Assembly (NCBI GenBank): GCA_028534125.1
Contig: CM052816.1
Location: forward strand, 1,302,001-1,366,000
DNA length: 64,000 nucleotides
Reading direction: 5' to 3'
From: Lama glama
Lineage: Eukaryota
Part shown: positions 45,986 to 59,310 of the stretch, piece by piece
How the letters are laid out: the number at the start of each line of letters is the position of its first letter
Numbering within the stretch: the first letter of the stretch is position 1
Position numbers and translations under genes: made by a program
The notes under the pieces: model-generated
The model's database searches: none
The model's input: the letters and a program-made list of their open reading frames with translations, nothing else
Told to the model about the DNA's origin: nothing

Positions 45986-48105
45986 CCAAAAGATAACTTG
46001 TTTTCGCAGCTGGCAAGTGGGATCTCGATCAGAAGCCTGATATTAAAAACTAACTGTAAACACCCCTCTCTAGTGGCCAGCGGGATGAGGCTGCCCAGGT
46101 GGAGTGTCCCTCCTAAGATGATGTAGAAAAACAGTCCATGTTATTTTTTTTGGAGAAAGCAGACAACTTTATCTCCAATCTCACAGTTTGACATAAGATG
46201 ACAAGAGAACAAGGAAGAACCACAGGCATACACATACAGATTCTTGGTAATTCCACATGTTTGAGGTTTCATGGCTGGGCCAGGATATAGGATAAAACAA
46301 TCTGCAAATGATGATGGCAAAAGTCTTGATCCCACATTCTTTTCTAATTGTAATCAAAACTTGTTCAGAGACCTATGTCAGCACCATCACTTGGTCTCCA
46401 AGCACACAGGTCTTGCCCTCCCGGCAGAGCTGCGAGGTGTGGCTAATCTCCGCCACCTCCTGTGCAGAGAACCCAATCCCAGGAAGGCTCCTCTCCCTAG
46501 AGGGTTAAACAGACATGCTTCTCAAGACACTCCTGAACACAGAGCAGTGCGCTACGGCTCTGTCATCAGTACCCACAGTCCAGCAGAGAAGCTTCAAGGA
46601 TCTGAAAATGTCTCATCAGTTTTACTTTGAATCTTTTTTTAAAACCCATTTATGTGAGAAAAAATTTAACACTGTGAAAACAAAACAAAGAAATAAATGA
46701 TCTATTGATACTCACAAGGCTGTGCCTGCCATCCTAAACCCTCTTGATTTCAAATTTTTATGTTCCTTAAAATTGCCTGATTATAAACACTAAACATTTG
46801 AATTTATACAAATAAAATACCACTTCTTTTTTTCTATATTGTGGTTTCATATAATTTTTTTTTTAAAAAAGGAGTTCTGCTGTTCAAAAAGTGAAAATCA
46901 CTAGATTTGAACAAAGCCAGATAATAATCAATAACCAGCACCACCAATGGCTCAAAAAACTCTGAGCCTCTTGGGCTTCTCTGTCCAGGGCATCTTTCCC
47001 ACCTCATCACACCACTGACCACATCCGTAAGTCCTTTAAACCTTCTATTCCCTGGCTATTACAGGGAAATAGAAAGGACTTTCCAGAGAAAGGACGAAAG
47101 GAAACACTCCAGTTACTGACCCCTTTCCTCAAATCTAAAGCCAACACGATCGTCCTCTCTGATGGGCAAGGACTGCGGCACCATGACTGACGGCCTCCCA
47201 GGGTCTCCACTCCTGCTCTAAGGATGATATTTATAAAACACAGGCTAAGAAGAGAGAAGCAAGTATGTTTTACTCATTCCTAATTCCAATTCAGATTTCT
47301 TCCCCTCAAAGAGGCGGGTACGTAGCTCTTCTTTCTAACAAAGAGGAAGTCAGGTTATAAAGAGAAAAGAAAAAGCAAGTCAAAGATGACTGAACAAACC
47401 TAAGCACAATCTCATTTTGTGACATAATCACATAACTTTGTAAATGCCAAGGACAAATGGTATTAAGCAGTTTTCTGTATCTTTAACTGCCTGTCTTCCT
47501 GTAGAAGCCATCATTCCCAGAGAAACTAGCACTAAAAACCATGCAATCCACTGCAAAAAGCCGGCTCACAGCTTCTAAGGACGTGACATCACTTTGCATT
47601 TGGAGGGACTGTCCTCCAAGGAACTCACAGCACATGAACCAAAGCCAGGTCATCTGCAACGAGGAGGGACGGACACCAGAAAGCTCTTGTGGGGCTGAGA
47701 GTCCACGCAGAGAGGGATTCCTCCCTTTAAGGCTCTCCTATGACGGGTAACACCTAGAAGCCGTATTTTACTCGTGATCTTTACATTCATCAGGAGAACA
47801 ACGGAGTCCAGCCATTCAAACTACTGATGCATAACAACTGACATATTTATTTACCAAGCAATTTAAGCTGTTTAAGTCAGATGGAAGGAGAATTCATTAC
47901 AAAAGCAACTGAGGGAATGAATTCAACTTGAGTATTTCAAATGAAAGGAATAATGTAAGTGAAACTCAAAGCCCAGAGACAGGAAACATTGGCTCACTAG
48001 AAGTTAGAGTGACAAGGACAGATGGAAGTTTTCATTCCATCTGGAACTGACAGCAGCAGTATGACTCAGTTTAATACCTACCCCTTTACAGTTTCATACA
48101 GGCTC

Positions 48106-48141
48106 AAAAAAAAAATAAATAAATAAATAAATAAATAAAAA
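48106..48141. repeat. A-run plus (TAAA)n simple repeat
   Basis: Read directly. Confidence 0.9.
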
Positions 48142-48842
48142 GGACCTAGAGACCAGTGCCTAAGTGTCTTTCCAAATCCACAATGGTCATTCACAAAGCC
48201 ATCTCTTTCAGCATGAAATTCAGCTCAGTTAAATGCAAATACTTTCCCCCCCACCTAAAATAAAGCATCATTGTTAAAATAGGTCAGAAAATGCTCTATT
48301 CCCTCTTCTTTCAAGAAAAAGCACCTCCAAGATAATTTTTCTGCTTAAACATGGTGTCAAATTTAATTAACGATGTAAATTAGGGAAAGAGCCACTTTTG
48401 GAAAAACTGGAGAAGGCTCCAGAAACCTCCCAAGCATGAAGCAGCTCTCCTTGGAGTCTGAGTTTACCTAGCAGGGCCAGAAGGCTCTGGACTATCGAGG
48501 TTAATGGCCTCTTCTCAATCTACTCAGCTATCGGCGTGATCTTCTGGGAAACTTGTCTCATTTTCTAGATACTCATGCCTAACGGCCATAAATGGCCAGG
48601 CTCAGTTTATTTTAAATGATTTTCCTTTAGGCCCGTATGATTGCAATATACTGAATGCAATTCACAAGACAGAAATCAAATATTCATAAGGAAGGACATA
48701 CAGATCTCAAGCAGGGGTTTAAGCAGACAGGTTAAAGCAGAATATGCTGGGCAGGTCTCCATCTAGGAACCTTTACGCCCTTTCAGTCAAGCAGACTGCT
48801 CATGAGAGGCGCTCTCTGACTCCAACTATAAAGATGCTTTGA

Positions 48843-48918
48843 GGGGAGGGTATAGCTCTGGGAGCATGCACGAGGTCCTGGGTTCAGCAGCCAGTATCTC
48901 CATTAAAAAAAAAAAAAA
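48843..48918 (+). mobile_element. Internally deleted tRNA-derived SINE with poly-A tail
   Basis: 'ggggagggtatagctc(deletion)gcatgcacgaggtcctgggttca...ccagtatctccattaaaa'; flanked by GCTTTGA direct repeats. Confidence 0.75.
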
Positions 48919-49488
48919 GCTTTGACAAATACAAGAACTAAAACACGAGTCAACTGAATCCATTTGCCCTGCCCTCTACCCAGTCTTCTCCCCTTTACTA
49001 TTTATTATGAATTCCTGCCCTCTTACGTCTTCTCAAGCACTAAAGGGACTCTCAGTGCCATCAGTCACTGCATCCTGATGAACCCAAAGCCTTAGGCTGT
49101 TTACTCAATCAAGAAACTCAACTGTTCTGTTTTTTTGTTTTTTTAAAATGAAATTCATGATCTGAAACAGAGGTCGGTGTCACCCTAGGTTGGGAGCTGA
49201 ATTATATTTGCATTCTTCGAGGCAGGAAAACTTCTCAAGAAAAACAAAATAGAAGTTTAACTTTCGAAAAGCTGATGTCCACTCTAAACCACATCGCTCC
49301 TTCTGGAGTCAAAAATGGCTAAAAGCTCACTAGTCCCGTGGTATTGGTGGCTACACTAAAAGAAGGGCCCTGAAAGTGTTTTTAAGTGTTGTGTTCTCCT
49401 CTAGAGAATGAAAACACTGGTGCCCCCACCCCTGGCTTCCTGCCTATTTCTGTTTACGGTCAGGAGAAAGTAAGGGAAGCAGACTTAC

Positions 49489-49543
49489 CCAGCATCTCTT
49501 CCTTCAGTCTTTCGTTACGTTCTTCAATTTGCTTAGGTAATCT
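49489..49543 (-). CDS. TTC1: TTC1 coding exon (55 nt)
   Basis: cag|AGATTACCT...CTGG|gtaagt; RLPKQIEERNERLKEEML; phases 0 and 1 fit the neighbouring exons. Confidence 0.93.
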
Positions 49544-49987
49544 CTGAGGGGAAAAGCACAGACACATGGACTGTGAAAACCCTTTGGTTTTATTTTGAAC
49601 TTGAGAAACACTAAAAACCTAGAAAATGAGATCGGGTTAGGTACATATATATGATCCTATTACATAAAGAAAAAGCCAGCATTTGTCTGTGGACGAGCTA
49701 CAGGAAGACGGGGGTTTTGTCTGGTTCAATGCCACATGCCCAGTCCTCGGCACAGTGGCTCATGGAGGACCTCAATAAAAAAAACTGGTGAAAAACACAC
49801 ACACACACACAATCTGAAAGGATACACACCACATGTTTATAGCGGTGTATTTAGGTGGTGGGATTATGAGTGATGTTTACGGTTTTTGCCCATCTGTATT
49901 TTTTAACTTCAAGTCCTTTCTTTATATAAGCTCATTTGTTGAGAAAGCATCAGATTGATATTGGATGTTCCTAAATGATCATCTAGT

Positions 49988-50172
49988 TCAGGGTTTTTCA
50001 ACCTTGGCAGTATTTCAACAGGGGGGCTGTGCTGTGTATTGCAGGATGTTCAGAGTATCCCTGGCCTCTCGTCACTAGATGCCAGCAGTTACCCTCCCCG
50101 TCGTGACAAAGTGTCCCTAAACATTGCCAAATGTCCCTGGGAACCAGACCACCTCTAGCTGAGCACCACCCA
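49988..50172. mobile_element. MER20 hAT DNA transposon
   Basis: 'cagggtttttcaaccttggcagtatt...gggggctgtgctgtgtattgcaggatgttcag...ccctggcctc...cactagatgccagcag...acattgccaaatgtccctggg...gagcaccac'. Confidence 0.75.
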
Positions 50173-51778
50173 TCTAGAACAGTCTTCTGTGGCCACTTTT
50201 TGCTCTGTAAGTGGCCCCAGGTAGTCTGGGGTTCCAGTAATAACTCAGTTACAATAATTCAAAATAAAATAAACTCATTATGCATATACCAACTAGCTTT
50301 AATAACAAGCTCCCTTTCACAGAAAGCTTAAAACTAATTTGACGAGGATAAAGGCTACCGAGAATTTAGGCAAGATTTTAAGAACTCCGCTCCCTTTCCT
50401 CATGTCAAATTTACGCTAATCCTAACACCATTCGGAGATATGTTAAAAGTCAGATAAAGGATTAAAACTGCTTTCAAACTGCGTATGAATTTTAATTACC
50501 CAAACGAGCCTTTCTCCCATTATTCCATTTCTAGGTAAATAAACTATCTGTTATTACTGAAGGAATTCACCGAAAAATAAAACCCAAACCACCTAGGATT
50601 TTAGTGCAGGGAGATGCATCAACATTTCTCAGGTCTGCCTGGTGGAGTCATAGTTCCAAGGAAGAAATGAGAAATCCTGTACAGCAGGGGCTGAGATGCC
50701 CTCAGGGGCCAGACAGGAAATGTAAATAAGTAATGGAATGGCTGTAAGGCAATAGTGGGTGGTGCGGCTCAGCGGCGGAATTGGAGAGCTCCAGCCGAAG
50801 GCCAGCGCGCGGGAATTCAAGAAGGGGCCAGCATGTCCACATCTAATTTTTAAGAGGAGTCCGGCTTAGATTTTTATCTAGTAAAATCTTTCCATTTTTA
50901 AATGTTGGCAAGTGGCCTCAATTAAAAAAAGAGCCAAAAAGTTTGGTTTCAATAAAATAGGCCTGTAGCTTCCCCACTCCTGCCTGCTGGCCTGTCTCTC
51001 CACTGCGTAATGGCTTCCAGGACAGAACTCTCCATCCTAATGACCCTCTGGGAAAGTCTGGCAGCACAGAAACCTGTTTAGTGAAAGCCAGTGTTTCTCA
51101 AACTTAGTTGAACATCTATTATATTGGGGCATATAAACACCTAATTCTGTAGCACATCTTTAGAACAGACGCTGCTCTGCACATTAGAGATAATCAGAGA
51201 GTAGTGCTAAAGGTAGAAGCACAAATCTGAGTTATTTTGTAAGGAAGGAAAACCAGTAACATGTAGCTAATTTACAATCGACATACGACTATTATGACGT
51301 TTAGAAGCAAAATGAGTTTTAGTTACAAGGATAAGAACAAGAGTCGTTTTAAGAAAGATAAGGTTAGTCTAGGATACATTCAACTGGAAGTGCACTGGGC
51401 ATGTGACAATGACTAGAAACCTGGTGACTAAGTAAGGCAAAGGATGGACAGAAAACCAGAGGTTTAACACCTGTAATACGAAGACTCACTCTCAACTAAC
51501 CTACACAACTACCAGCAGGCAAGATTTCCCTAGTTCAGCCGTGAAATAAAGTTCTTGTCAACCCTGGAGGTCAAAGGTTTAGGATGAGGATTAAATGGTA
51601 CATGGTCAGAGTAGGTCTGTGGCCACCACTTCGAAGTTCTAGCTCCCATATTATTTTGATAAGCTTTTCAAAAGCACAGAAATGGAATGTAGTTGTGTCT
51701 CAAAGGATTATTTAAGATTCACTGAGTAGCAACACGGGGAATAGAAGAGAAAATATTTTTAAAAAAAATGAGGTTTAC

Positions 51779-51927
51779 CATGCAAGCTTCCCTTGCTTGA
51801 TGTACTGATGGATCTTTTTCTAATATGGATTTATAGTCTTCCAGGGCTTCATCTAGCTTGTCAGTTTTCTCATACAACTCCGCTCTCCTCAGTATTGCCC
51901 TGATGTAGCTGGGGTTTAACTGAATTG
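51779..51927 (-). CDS. TTC1: TTC1 coding exon (149 nt, TPR motif)
   Basis: cag|CAATTCAG...TGCATG|gtaaac; (A)IQLNPSYIRAILRRAELYEKTDKLDEALEDYKSILEKDPSVHQAREACM. Confidence 0.95.
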
Positions 51928-52059
51928 CTGTAAAAAGAGAAGAAATAATTGTTAGTTACCATGAGGAAAAAGGTCCTATACACCCTCAGCCACACCAAGT
52001 TTCCTTATTAACCATTTTCCATTGGTCTATAAGGAAGAGTCATTTGTCAGAGGTTATAG

Positions 52060-52396
52060 CTGGGTTGCCAAACTTCTCCTGTAGAGGGCAGATACTCAAG
52101 ACTTTAGGCTCTGTGAGACAGACTGTCTCCGTTACACTGCTGAGCTCTGCTACTATAGCACGAAAGCAAGAACAGACGCTGCACAAACGAGGGTGGCTGC
52201 ATCACAATAAACCTGTGTTTATGGACACCGAAATCTGAATGTCATGTAATTTTCCTGTGTCCTGAAAAACCATTTCTCTTTTGATTTTATTTCCAACCAT
52301 TTAAAAATGTAAAAACCATTCTTAGCTTGCGGGCTGTATAAAAGCAGTTGGCATACAAGCTGCATTTGGCTTGTGGCTGTAGTTTACCAAACCCTG
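52060..52396. mobile_element. MER58-like hAT DNA transposon, near full length
   Basis: Imperfect terminal inverted repeats 'ctgggttgccaaact' and 'agtttaccaaaccctg'; 8-bp TSD-like ggttatag/gtctatag; MER58-type internal sequence. Confidence 0.75.
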
Positions 52397-52844
52397 GTCT
52401 ATAGCCCAACGCCTGGTTTCCACATACTTTTCCTTCACCCACTTTAGAACAGGCCAGAACACAGAGCTCGAGTGCACAGCGAAAGAGCAAGAGGGAATTT
52501 GAAGGGACAAGTTATAAAGAGTTGAGTGAGAACAGTTTGGCGGTCAACTCCGCCAGCATTCTCCTTTTTCTGGGCCTCAACTACTGAGGTCACGCCGTGA
52601 CTACTGAGGTTACATTTTTGGCTAAATTGTCACTGTTCCTTGAAACTCCTGCTCCAACACCTTTATGTCACTGGAGCATAATATCCTTCCCTTCACCTAA
52701 CAAGTGGCCCCTCTAATAATCCTGTGTCTGTGCTTTGGTTCAAGTATACGGCACTTTTCTATTCCTTTTTGAGTTGTTTCTTTTTCTGTTAGGAAGCAAT
52801 AGAACTTTTTTTTTCCTTTCTAAATGATATACTCATTTAAAAAA

Positions 52845-54050
52845 TGCATTCATACTTTCAGTAACTATTTATTTAGTACCTAACGTGGTGTTATCTTTGG
52901 AGTATAGTGGTAAACAGAACACACAAGGTCCATGTTCTCATGAAGCTTTAAGCTACTGTAGGAGGCAGGAGCAAGCAGCACGCAGTAATTTCAGATGCTT
53001 ATAGTGCTATGGAGAAAAACGAAACAAGGTCATGTAAATTCAAGGGAAGAGGGGAATAAGGTAACTTTAGAGAGTGGTCAAAGAATATGAAAAGGGAATA
53101 TCTGAGGGAGGCCAGCCATCTGAAAAGCAAAGGAGGAGTGCACTGGAAGAGGGCCAACAAGAGGAAAGGCTCTAAAGCAAGAACCACCTCGCCATGTTGG
53201 TGGCCAGGCAGGGGCTGGGGAAGAGATGAGGGCGAAGACAGACGCAGCAACCAGGCCATGGAGGCCTTGCTGGCCAGGGAAAGGAACTTGGACTTATTCT
53301 TAAGTGTGATAAGAAGCCACTGGATCAGTTTCAAGCAGATTAAAGACATAATCTGACTTACACTTTAAGGGTCACTTTGGCTGTAGTGTGGAGGGGACAA
53401 GTGATAGCAGTGAGACAGCTGGGAGGTCAGTGCAGTGGTCCAGGTGAGAGATGATGCTGGCTAAGCTGGTGAGAGTGGGGATGGAAAGAGGCCGGATTAA
53501 AGAACCATCTTTGAATCACAGCCCACAGGACTTGCTAATTAAGCCATGTGGAGTGAACAAAGAACAATCAGGGATGACTCCAAAGGCTTTAGTTTCAGCA
53601 AGTAAATGGATTATAATGACATTCATTAAACTGAAAATAACTGCAAGTTGTGTGTGCCTGCATGCATGGGGGTCGGAGAGGAACCAGAGTCTGTTCTGAG
53701 CAAGTTAAATTCGGAACGCCTACCAGACATCCCAGAGGAGATGTCAAGTTTGCAGCAGAAACAAGCTCCAGGCAACAGGGCACAGGTGAAGATGTAAACT
53801 GCAGCACACAGATGGTCAAAGTTTCAGAGCTGGTGAGATCACACAGGGAAAAAATATAGAGAAGAAAGAAGAGGGCCCTATAGATGAAGATCTAGGAACT
53901 TCTAAAATGACGAGGCTGACAGAGAAGCCAGCAAAAGAGAGTAAGAAGAAAGAGCTAATGAAACAGAAAAAAAATGACGAATGACACACTACATTACACA
54001 CTTTCGGGCGGTCAAGAAAGCTAAGGATAGAGAAGCAACTACGGAGCAAG
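52845..54050 (-). mobile_element. L2 LINE fragment
   Basis: Reverse-oriented L2 pattern: 'ttatttagtacc...catgttctcatgaagc...ttggacttattctaagtgtgataagaagccactgg...atctgacttacactttaaggg...gtccaggtgagagatgatg...cagacatcccagaggagatgtcaagt'. Confidence 0.75.
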
Positions 54051-56078
54051 AGGAAGCTGCTGCTCACTTTTATAAGATGGGTTTCATGGGTGTGGATGAA
54101 AAAGAAGCCCAAAGGACATGTGAGCAGAGAACGGGAGAAGACGTAACCAGAGAAATGGCACAGCAGGTGGACGGGATACTGTTCAGGAGAAGAGTTTCTG
54201 AAAGAACCCAACCTCAACATTTCACCTTTACCCGTTTTCAACCTCCCCTTGGTCCAGCATATCATATTCTCTTAAAATATTCCCAATTACAACATCATAA
54301 TATCTGTAAGAAAAACACTCCAGTGACCTCTACTATCCCTGTTAAAAACCTGAAAGCCCTAATTTACATTTTAACTCAGATACCACCCCCTTCTCAACTG
54401 GTGGACAGCTTCTAACAATGCAAGTATGTATGGAAGAGAAAGAACCTCTCCCATGATTCCTGTATAAAAATCTCTAAAGTCAACTTACCACTCTAACTTG
54501 TGATTTTCTTTCTTAATCCATATAAATAGAATGAACTTAAGCTTTATTTACGCCAAGGCTGAAAGCCCCAGGGTGAGTGGCATGAAATATTGTTCCATGT
54601 GACTAGCAGCAATGAGCTCCAAATACGACCTCAAAAATCAGCCAAGCCCTTTGCCAAGGTTTATGCACTGAGTGGGCGTGTGTATGTGTTTAGAGGGGAG
54701 GAGAAAGGTCCTAAATACAAATAAACCATGCTAGTGTCGATGTATTTTGCCTCTGGTTCAATACACGCAGCCCATAACAGCTAAGGATAAGCACACGAAT
54801 GCTGGCTTAACCAAGTCCAAAAACAAATCTGGAAGACACTGTGGTTGGAAACATTGTCCTCCCCCTCCTCTCACTTTCTTGGTAAGCCTCCTACACTGAG
54901 GGCAACAGCTAGAAATAAACTGTTTCCTAGTGTACACCCTGCTCATCAGGCTCACAAGGCATCTTCTCAACATTTGGTTACAGAGAAAAAAACTCAGAAA
55001 ATCAGCAGCTTGCTCCTAATTTAAACTCTTCAAACCCACACACGTCACACAGATTAAGGTTAAACATTTTCTTCCAAACAAAACAGTACATTCAGAATTA
55101 GATCCAGCCCAAGATAGTAATGGGTCAGAAGCAGTCTGCTAGATTCTAATGCACCAACAGCTTCATTCAGGTACTCTGAAGAAACACCCAGCATAAAGAA
55201 GAGAAATCCAGGAGACAGGGTAACTAATTAATGTAAAAAAAAAAAAAACCCAAAAACAAAATAGAAGAGGGAATTTACACTTGGTCTGAGAGTGGGATTA
55301 GGTAACATATAAGGTTCTTTCTAACTCTAGAGTGCTCTCAGAGAAAATCTCATCCAAAGGAGGAAAAAAGAAAAAACATAAATTACAAAAGTAGCAATTA
55401 GCTAGAAAAACTCATAGACTAGCAAGACGCAAGGGAAAGTGATCATGTGTGTTCTCCACACCACGCAGGTCATAAAGGTAAGACAACTGACTGGCCTATC
55501 AGGAAATTTTTGAAAAAAAAAAACAACAGTGATCCGACGTCTGGGGGTGCCTCTATTAGTTGCTGGGATGAAAGACCATGATGGAACTCAGGTATCAGAC
55601 AGCAAAGGCTCGATTCACTGTGTGGAGCTTGAAAGGATAATTAAAATGATGGCAAGGTCTGGACGAATGACTGCCTCTAACTAGAGTAGCAATTCCCCAA
55701 AAGAAATTGCGTTCCCTGCTGCCACTCTGAACATACAGATCCAGATGCCCCAGTGGCAGCTAGGATCTTCAGTTTCAATCTCAAAGGAGAGTAATATGGA
55801 CACTACAGGAAGCTAATTCTGTTCCAAGAGTTTCTGTGGCCACGGAAGTTTTGAATTATTTTCCGTATATTTACTAGTACAGCATAAACCGCCTGAATTA
55901 TCCATTTAAAAGCATGGTTACACAAAGATGACTACTGTGCAGTACCTCTAGAAAGGCTGAAAGTTTCTTCTTTATCGGCCCCAGAAGAAGGGTCCATGTG
56001 TACAAGTGCACACCTGATTGGCTTGTCTAGAGGTCATGCTCTTGTATGTTAACATGTAACAAGACCAAAAAGTTGTAC

Positions 56079-56115
56079 CTTTGCTGCAGTCACTGATGGC
56101 CATCTCTTTCTTGTC
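56079..56115 (-). CDS. TTC1: TTC1 coding exon (37 nt)
   Basis: tag|GACAAGAAA...AGCAAAG|gtacaa; DKKEMAISDCSK; phases 0 and 1 fit the neighbouring exons. Confidence 0.92.
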
Positions 56116-56944
56116 CTACAAGGAAACAGACCATTAATATGTGTCACCCTAGATCTGTCTCAACAGCCCAAAGGCTCAATGACATAACTTGATCATTAAC
56201 AACTGCTTATGGAGATGCAGAGTGCCTTTCAAAGAAATCACGCCAAAACATGCATGGTACTTCCAAGCTAAAATTCAAACTATGGTGACACCTCTGACTT
56301 GAAAGTCTCCTGGCAACAAATTATTCAAGTAGCTTCTTCCTCACGTATCTTTAAAGACTGTTGTAACTGACCTATTATATTTGCAAGATACTTTACCTTA
56401 GAATGTTGACACTGAGAAAACTTTGTAGTCAATACACAGGGCAGATGACTGATAAGTGAATAACTGAATTAATAACCCTCCTCTTTGGCTAGCTGTTATA
56501 TAGCACATCCAAAGCGGTATCTTCCAGAAAGCATAAAGATGGTCCATCTACAAACACAGTATGACTTGTCATGTGGTCTCAGTTGTGAACCTTAAATTAT
56601 CCAATAAGGAAACAAAACTACAAAACAATTCGCCAAGTAAGATATCTAACCAATTCAGCTTGCTGAATGGAGAAGCGCAGCACAGTGGAAAGAACACTGG
56701 CTACCAAAAGAGCTAGAGTCTAGATCTGGTCCTGACACTGATCTGCTGCTTAACTTTTCTAAACTCTAAAATGTCTATTTCCCCCAAATTAGAAATGTTC
56801 TACAATGTTACAGAAATGTTAGTTCAAATAAATGCTCAATATTTCCGTAACAGCTACTGTAACAAGTATCAAGAATTTTGCGGAGCATTTTAGAACGTTG
56901 ACCAACGTTTAAGGAGTTTAAGGAGTCAATCAAAAACAGTTCCA

Positions 56945-57115
56945 AGGATGGGGAGTGACTGCTTCGTGGGTCTTCTTTGGGGTCATAAAAAAATTTGGAA
57001 CCAGACAGTGGTGATGGTTGCATCATACCGTGAACGTATTTAACTGGCACTGAACTGTATACTTTTAAAATGGTCAATTTTATGTCATGTGTATTTTACC
57101 CACAATAAGCAAAAA
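56945..57115 (+). mobile_element. Old L1 3'-end fragment
   Basis: 'ggggagtgactgct...gggtcttctttgggg...gtggtgatggttgcatcataccgtgaacgtatttaa...cactgaactgtatacttttaaaatggtcaattttatg'. Confidence 0.75.
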
Positions 57116-59197
57116 AGGTTCGAGTCATCTGGGAAACTCTAACTATATTATCTCTCCCATGCTTATCAAGCAATTCACATATTAAAAGCTCTAAGTCCTG
57201 TGGTAAAGAAATCTGTAAGTCCATATTTTCCAAACTTATCAGAGTCCTATAAATCTAAGACACACAATTTCATATTTTAAAGTTTCTGAAATAGGAGTAA
57301 ATCTTTACAGTTTATGAATATAAATGTTGGGGGTGGTATCCGTTGTGCCCCTAAGAAACTATTTTTAGAGCTTATTTTTTTTTAGGGCTTTGGCTGCTCT
57401 CTTGTGTAGCCTGGCCTCCAGCTGAAATGAAACTCTGCCCTATCTCCAGTTTGCCTCTGCCCTCTCACACATGAAACAGAAAGCCTGGCCAGGCGCACCC
57501 AGTCAGGGGTGCTGAGGCCGCACACCTGCCTTTCAGAAACTCTTAAGCAGTTAACTCATCACCTTCTCAAACTCAGAATATGCTCCTTAAATCACTTCAG
57601 TGCATTAATCCTGAGGTTTCCAAGTCTGTAATTTTAGAATCTTCTTAAAATATTATGAATGCAAGTTAAAAGAACAAACGAAAAACTCCACTAACAAACC
57701 TATCCTATGTACAGGAAACAGTCACAGAAGTCTTTTGAGTTCTCTTCAGATGTGACAGGCAGAAGACTAGCAAGGCCATACATTTTCCTAACTCAAGAAC
57801 CAATCGATTACGTTAGCCCATCCCTAGCAACAGCATTAACTCGGCAATCGTGGGAACAAAGAACCCCAAAATCCCAGGAGCCAGATGAGCATGGTACATT
57901 TTCTCTGATATTGAAGGTATCCCTGATTCCACTTCACAATGACAACTTCTAGCCTAAGAACGTGGCAGGATGTCTCAGAGGCAAAGGCAAAAGATCAGAA
58001 TTTTCCAGCTAAATGTAAAAGGTGTTGGCTGTGAATTCTGATCGATGGCAGTATATATTAATGAATACTGTTTTAAATAAACTTAAAGCAGTTGCTTTAG
58101 AACCTCTAATACAAAATGTCTGCTTGTATACTATAGAATTATTCCTTCTCCCATGATGCCACATCAATCATTCTAAAAACATTTTCACCTTGGAGAGTGA
58201 ATCCAATAATAAAACATAAATTTGGATTAAAAAAAAAAAGACTTTCTGCATGTCTAAACATCCAAGCACCTCCCCCCACACCCTTAAAAAAAAGCTGGTC
58301 ATACTAGGTGACTCTGGTAGAGGCACTAGTGAAATTCAGGCAACGTCAAAAAGAAAGTGACATAGATACCCGATCTAAACAGACAGACAGAAAACCACTT
58401 CACTTAATACTGGGCTGGCTTCGTGGTTGCTTAAAGGTGTGTTGAAAAAAACCCTACACTTTGTGTTTTGAATATTAGTAGCCACAGTTAAACAAGTAAT
58501 TTCTTTTTCAAATTCTCATCATTTCTGTCCAGCGAGATTTACCACATTAACAGGAATATCAGACGAACCACAACAAATCTAACTTTTAAGATCAACACTA
58601 CAGCCAACAAATATAACTGCACTCTTATCTACTCTACGTTCACCCTGCTACACCAGGTCCTCAAGTCCTTTGGAATCACAAAATACTTCTGAACTTTCCC
58701 TGACACCCATTTTGCATTTAAGGGCACCTCTCAGCCCAACCCTTGGATGTTTCCCTGTGTCCACACTTTTCTGAGAAAAACAGAATCTCAAGAATAAGCA
58801 CCTTGAAGTCCAGACTTTTAATCAGTGTTTCCTGACCCTTTGAGTCTTTATCTGGAATCCCAGAGGCCTAGAATAAGCAGCTGTCAGCTGTTCCAGGCCA
58901 TGCGCTACTTGGCTCTTTGCTTCACTAACCTGCCCTAGTTTGGTGGAAACTTTGCCAGCTTCCTTCCATGAAAGTGTTCACTCAGCCACTTTAATGAGGA
59001 ATGTGAACAGTAATCCGACTCAAGTTTTTCAAAATATTTTTCTATCCCGCCTGTGCCCTTTACATCAGGGTAATGGGTGGGCAGGGCAAGGAGGCAGCAG
59101 CTTTGAAGTCTCTGTGCTTGTTTCTGGAGAGAAGCTAGCCTACGAAAACACTGCAAGTTCACATGCTGCTTAAAAAGGAAAGGTCAAAGGTACATAC

Positions 59198-59310
59198 CTG
59201 TTTCATCCTTGCAGCAGCTCTGTTTGAAAACAGAATAGACCTGTCTTTCTGGAAGCAGGATGGACACATCTGAAGCGCTCGACTGTAAGAACTTTCGGCT
59301 TCCATATAAT
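59198..59310 (-). CDS. TTC1: TTC1 coding exon (113 nt, TPR motifs)
   Basis: cag|ATTATATG...AAACAG|gtatgt; (D)YMEAESSYSRALQMCPSCFQKDRSILFSNRAAARMKQ. Confidence 0.95.

Noticed and set aside
36142..46630. Many 100-190-aa ORFs in the intergenic region and last TTC1 intron
   Set aside because: Expected in GC-rich DNA; many begin at non-ATG codons, and none shows a recognisable domain or consistent exon structure
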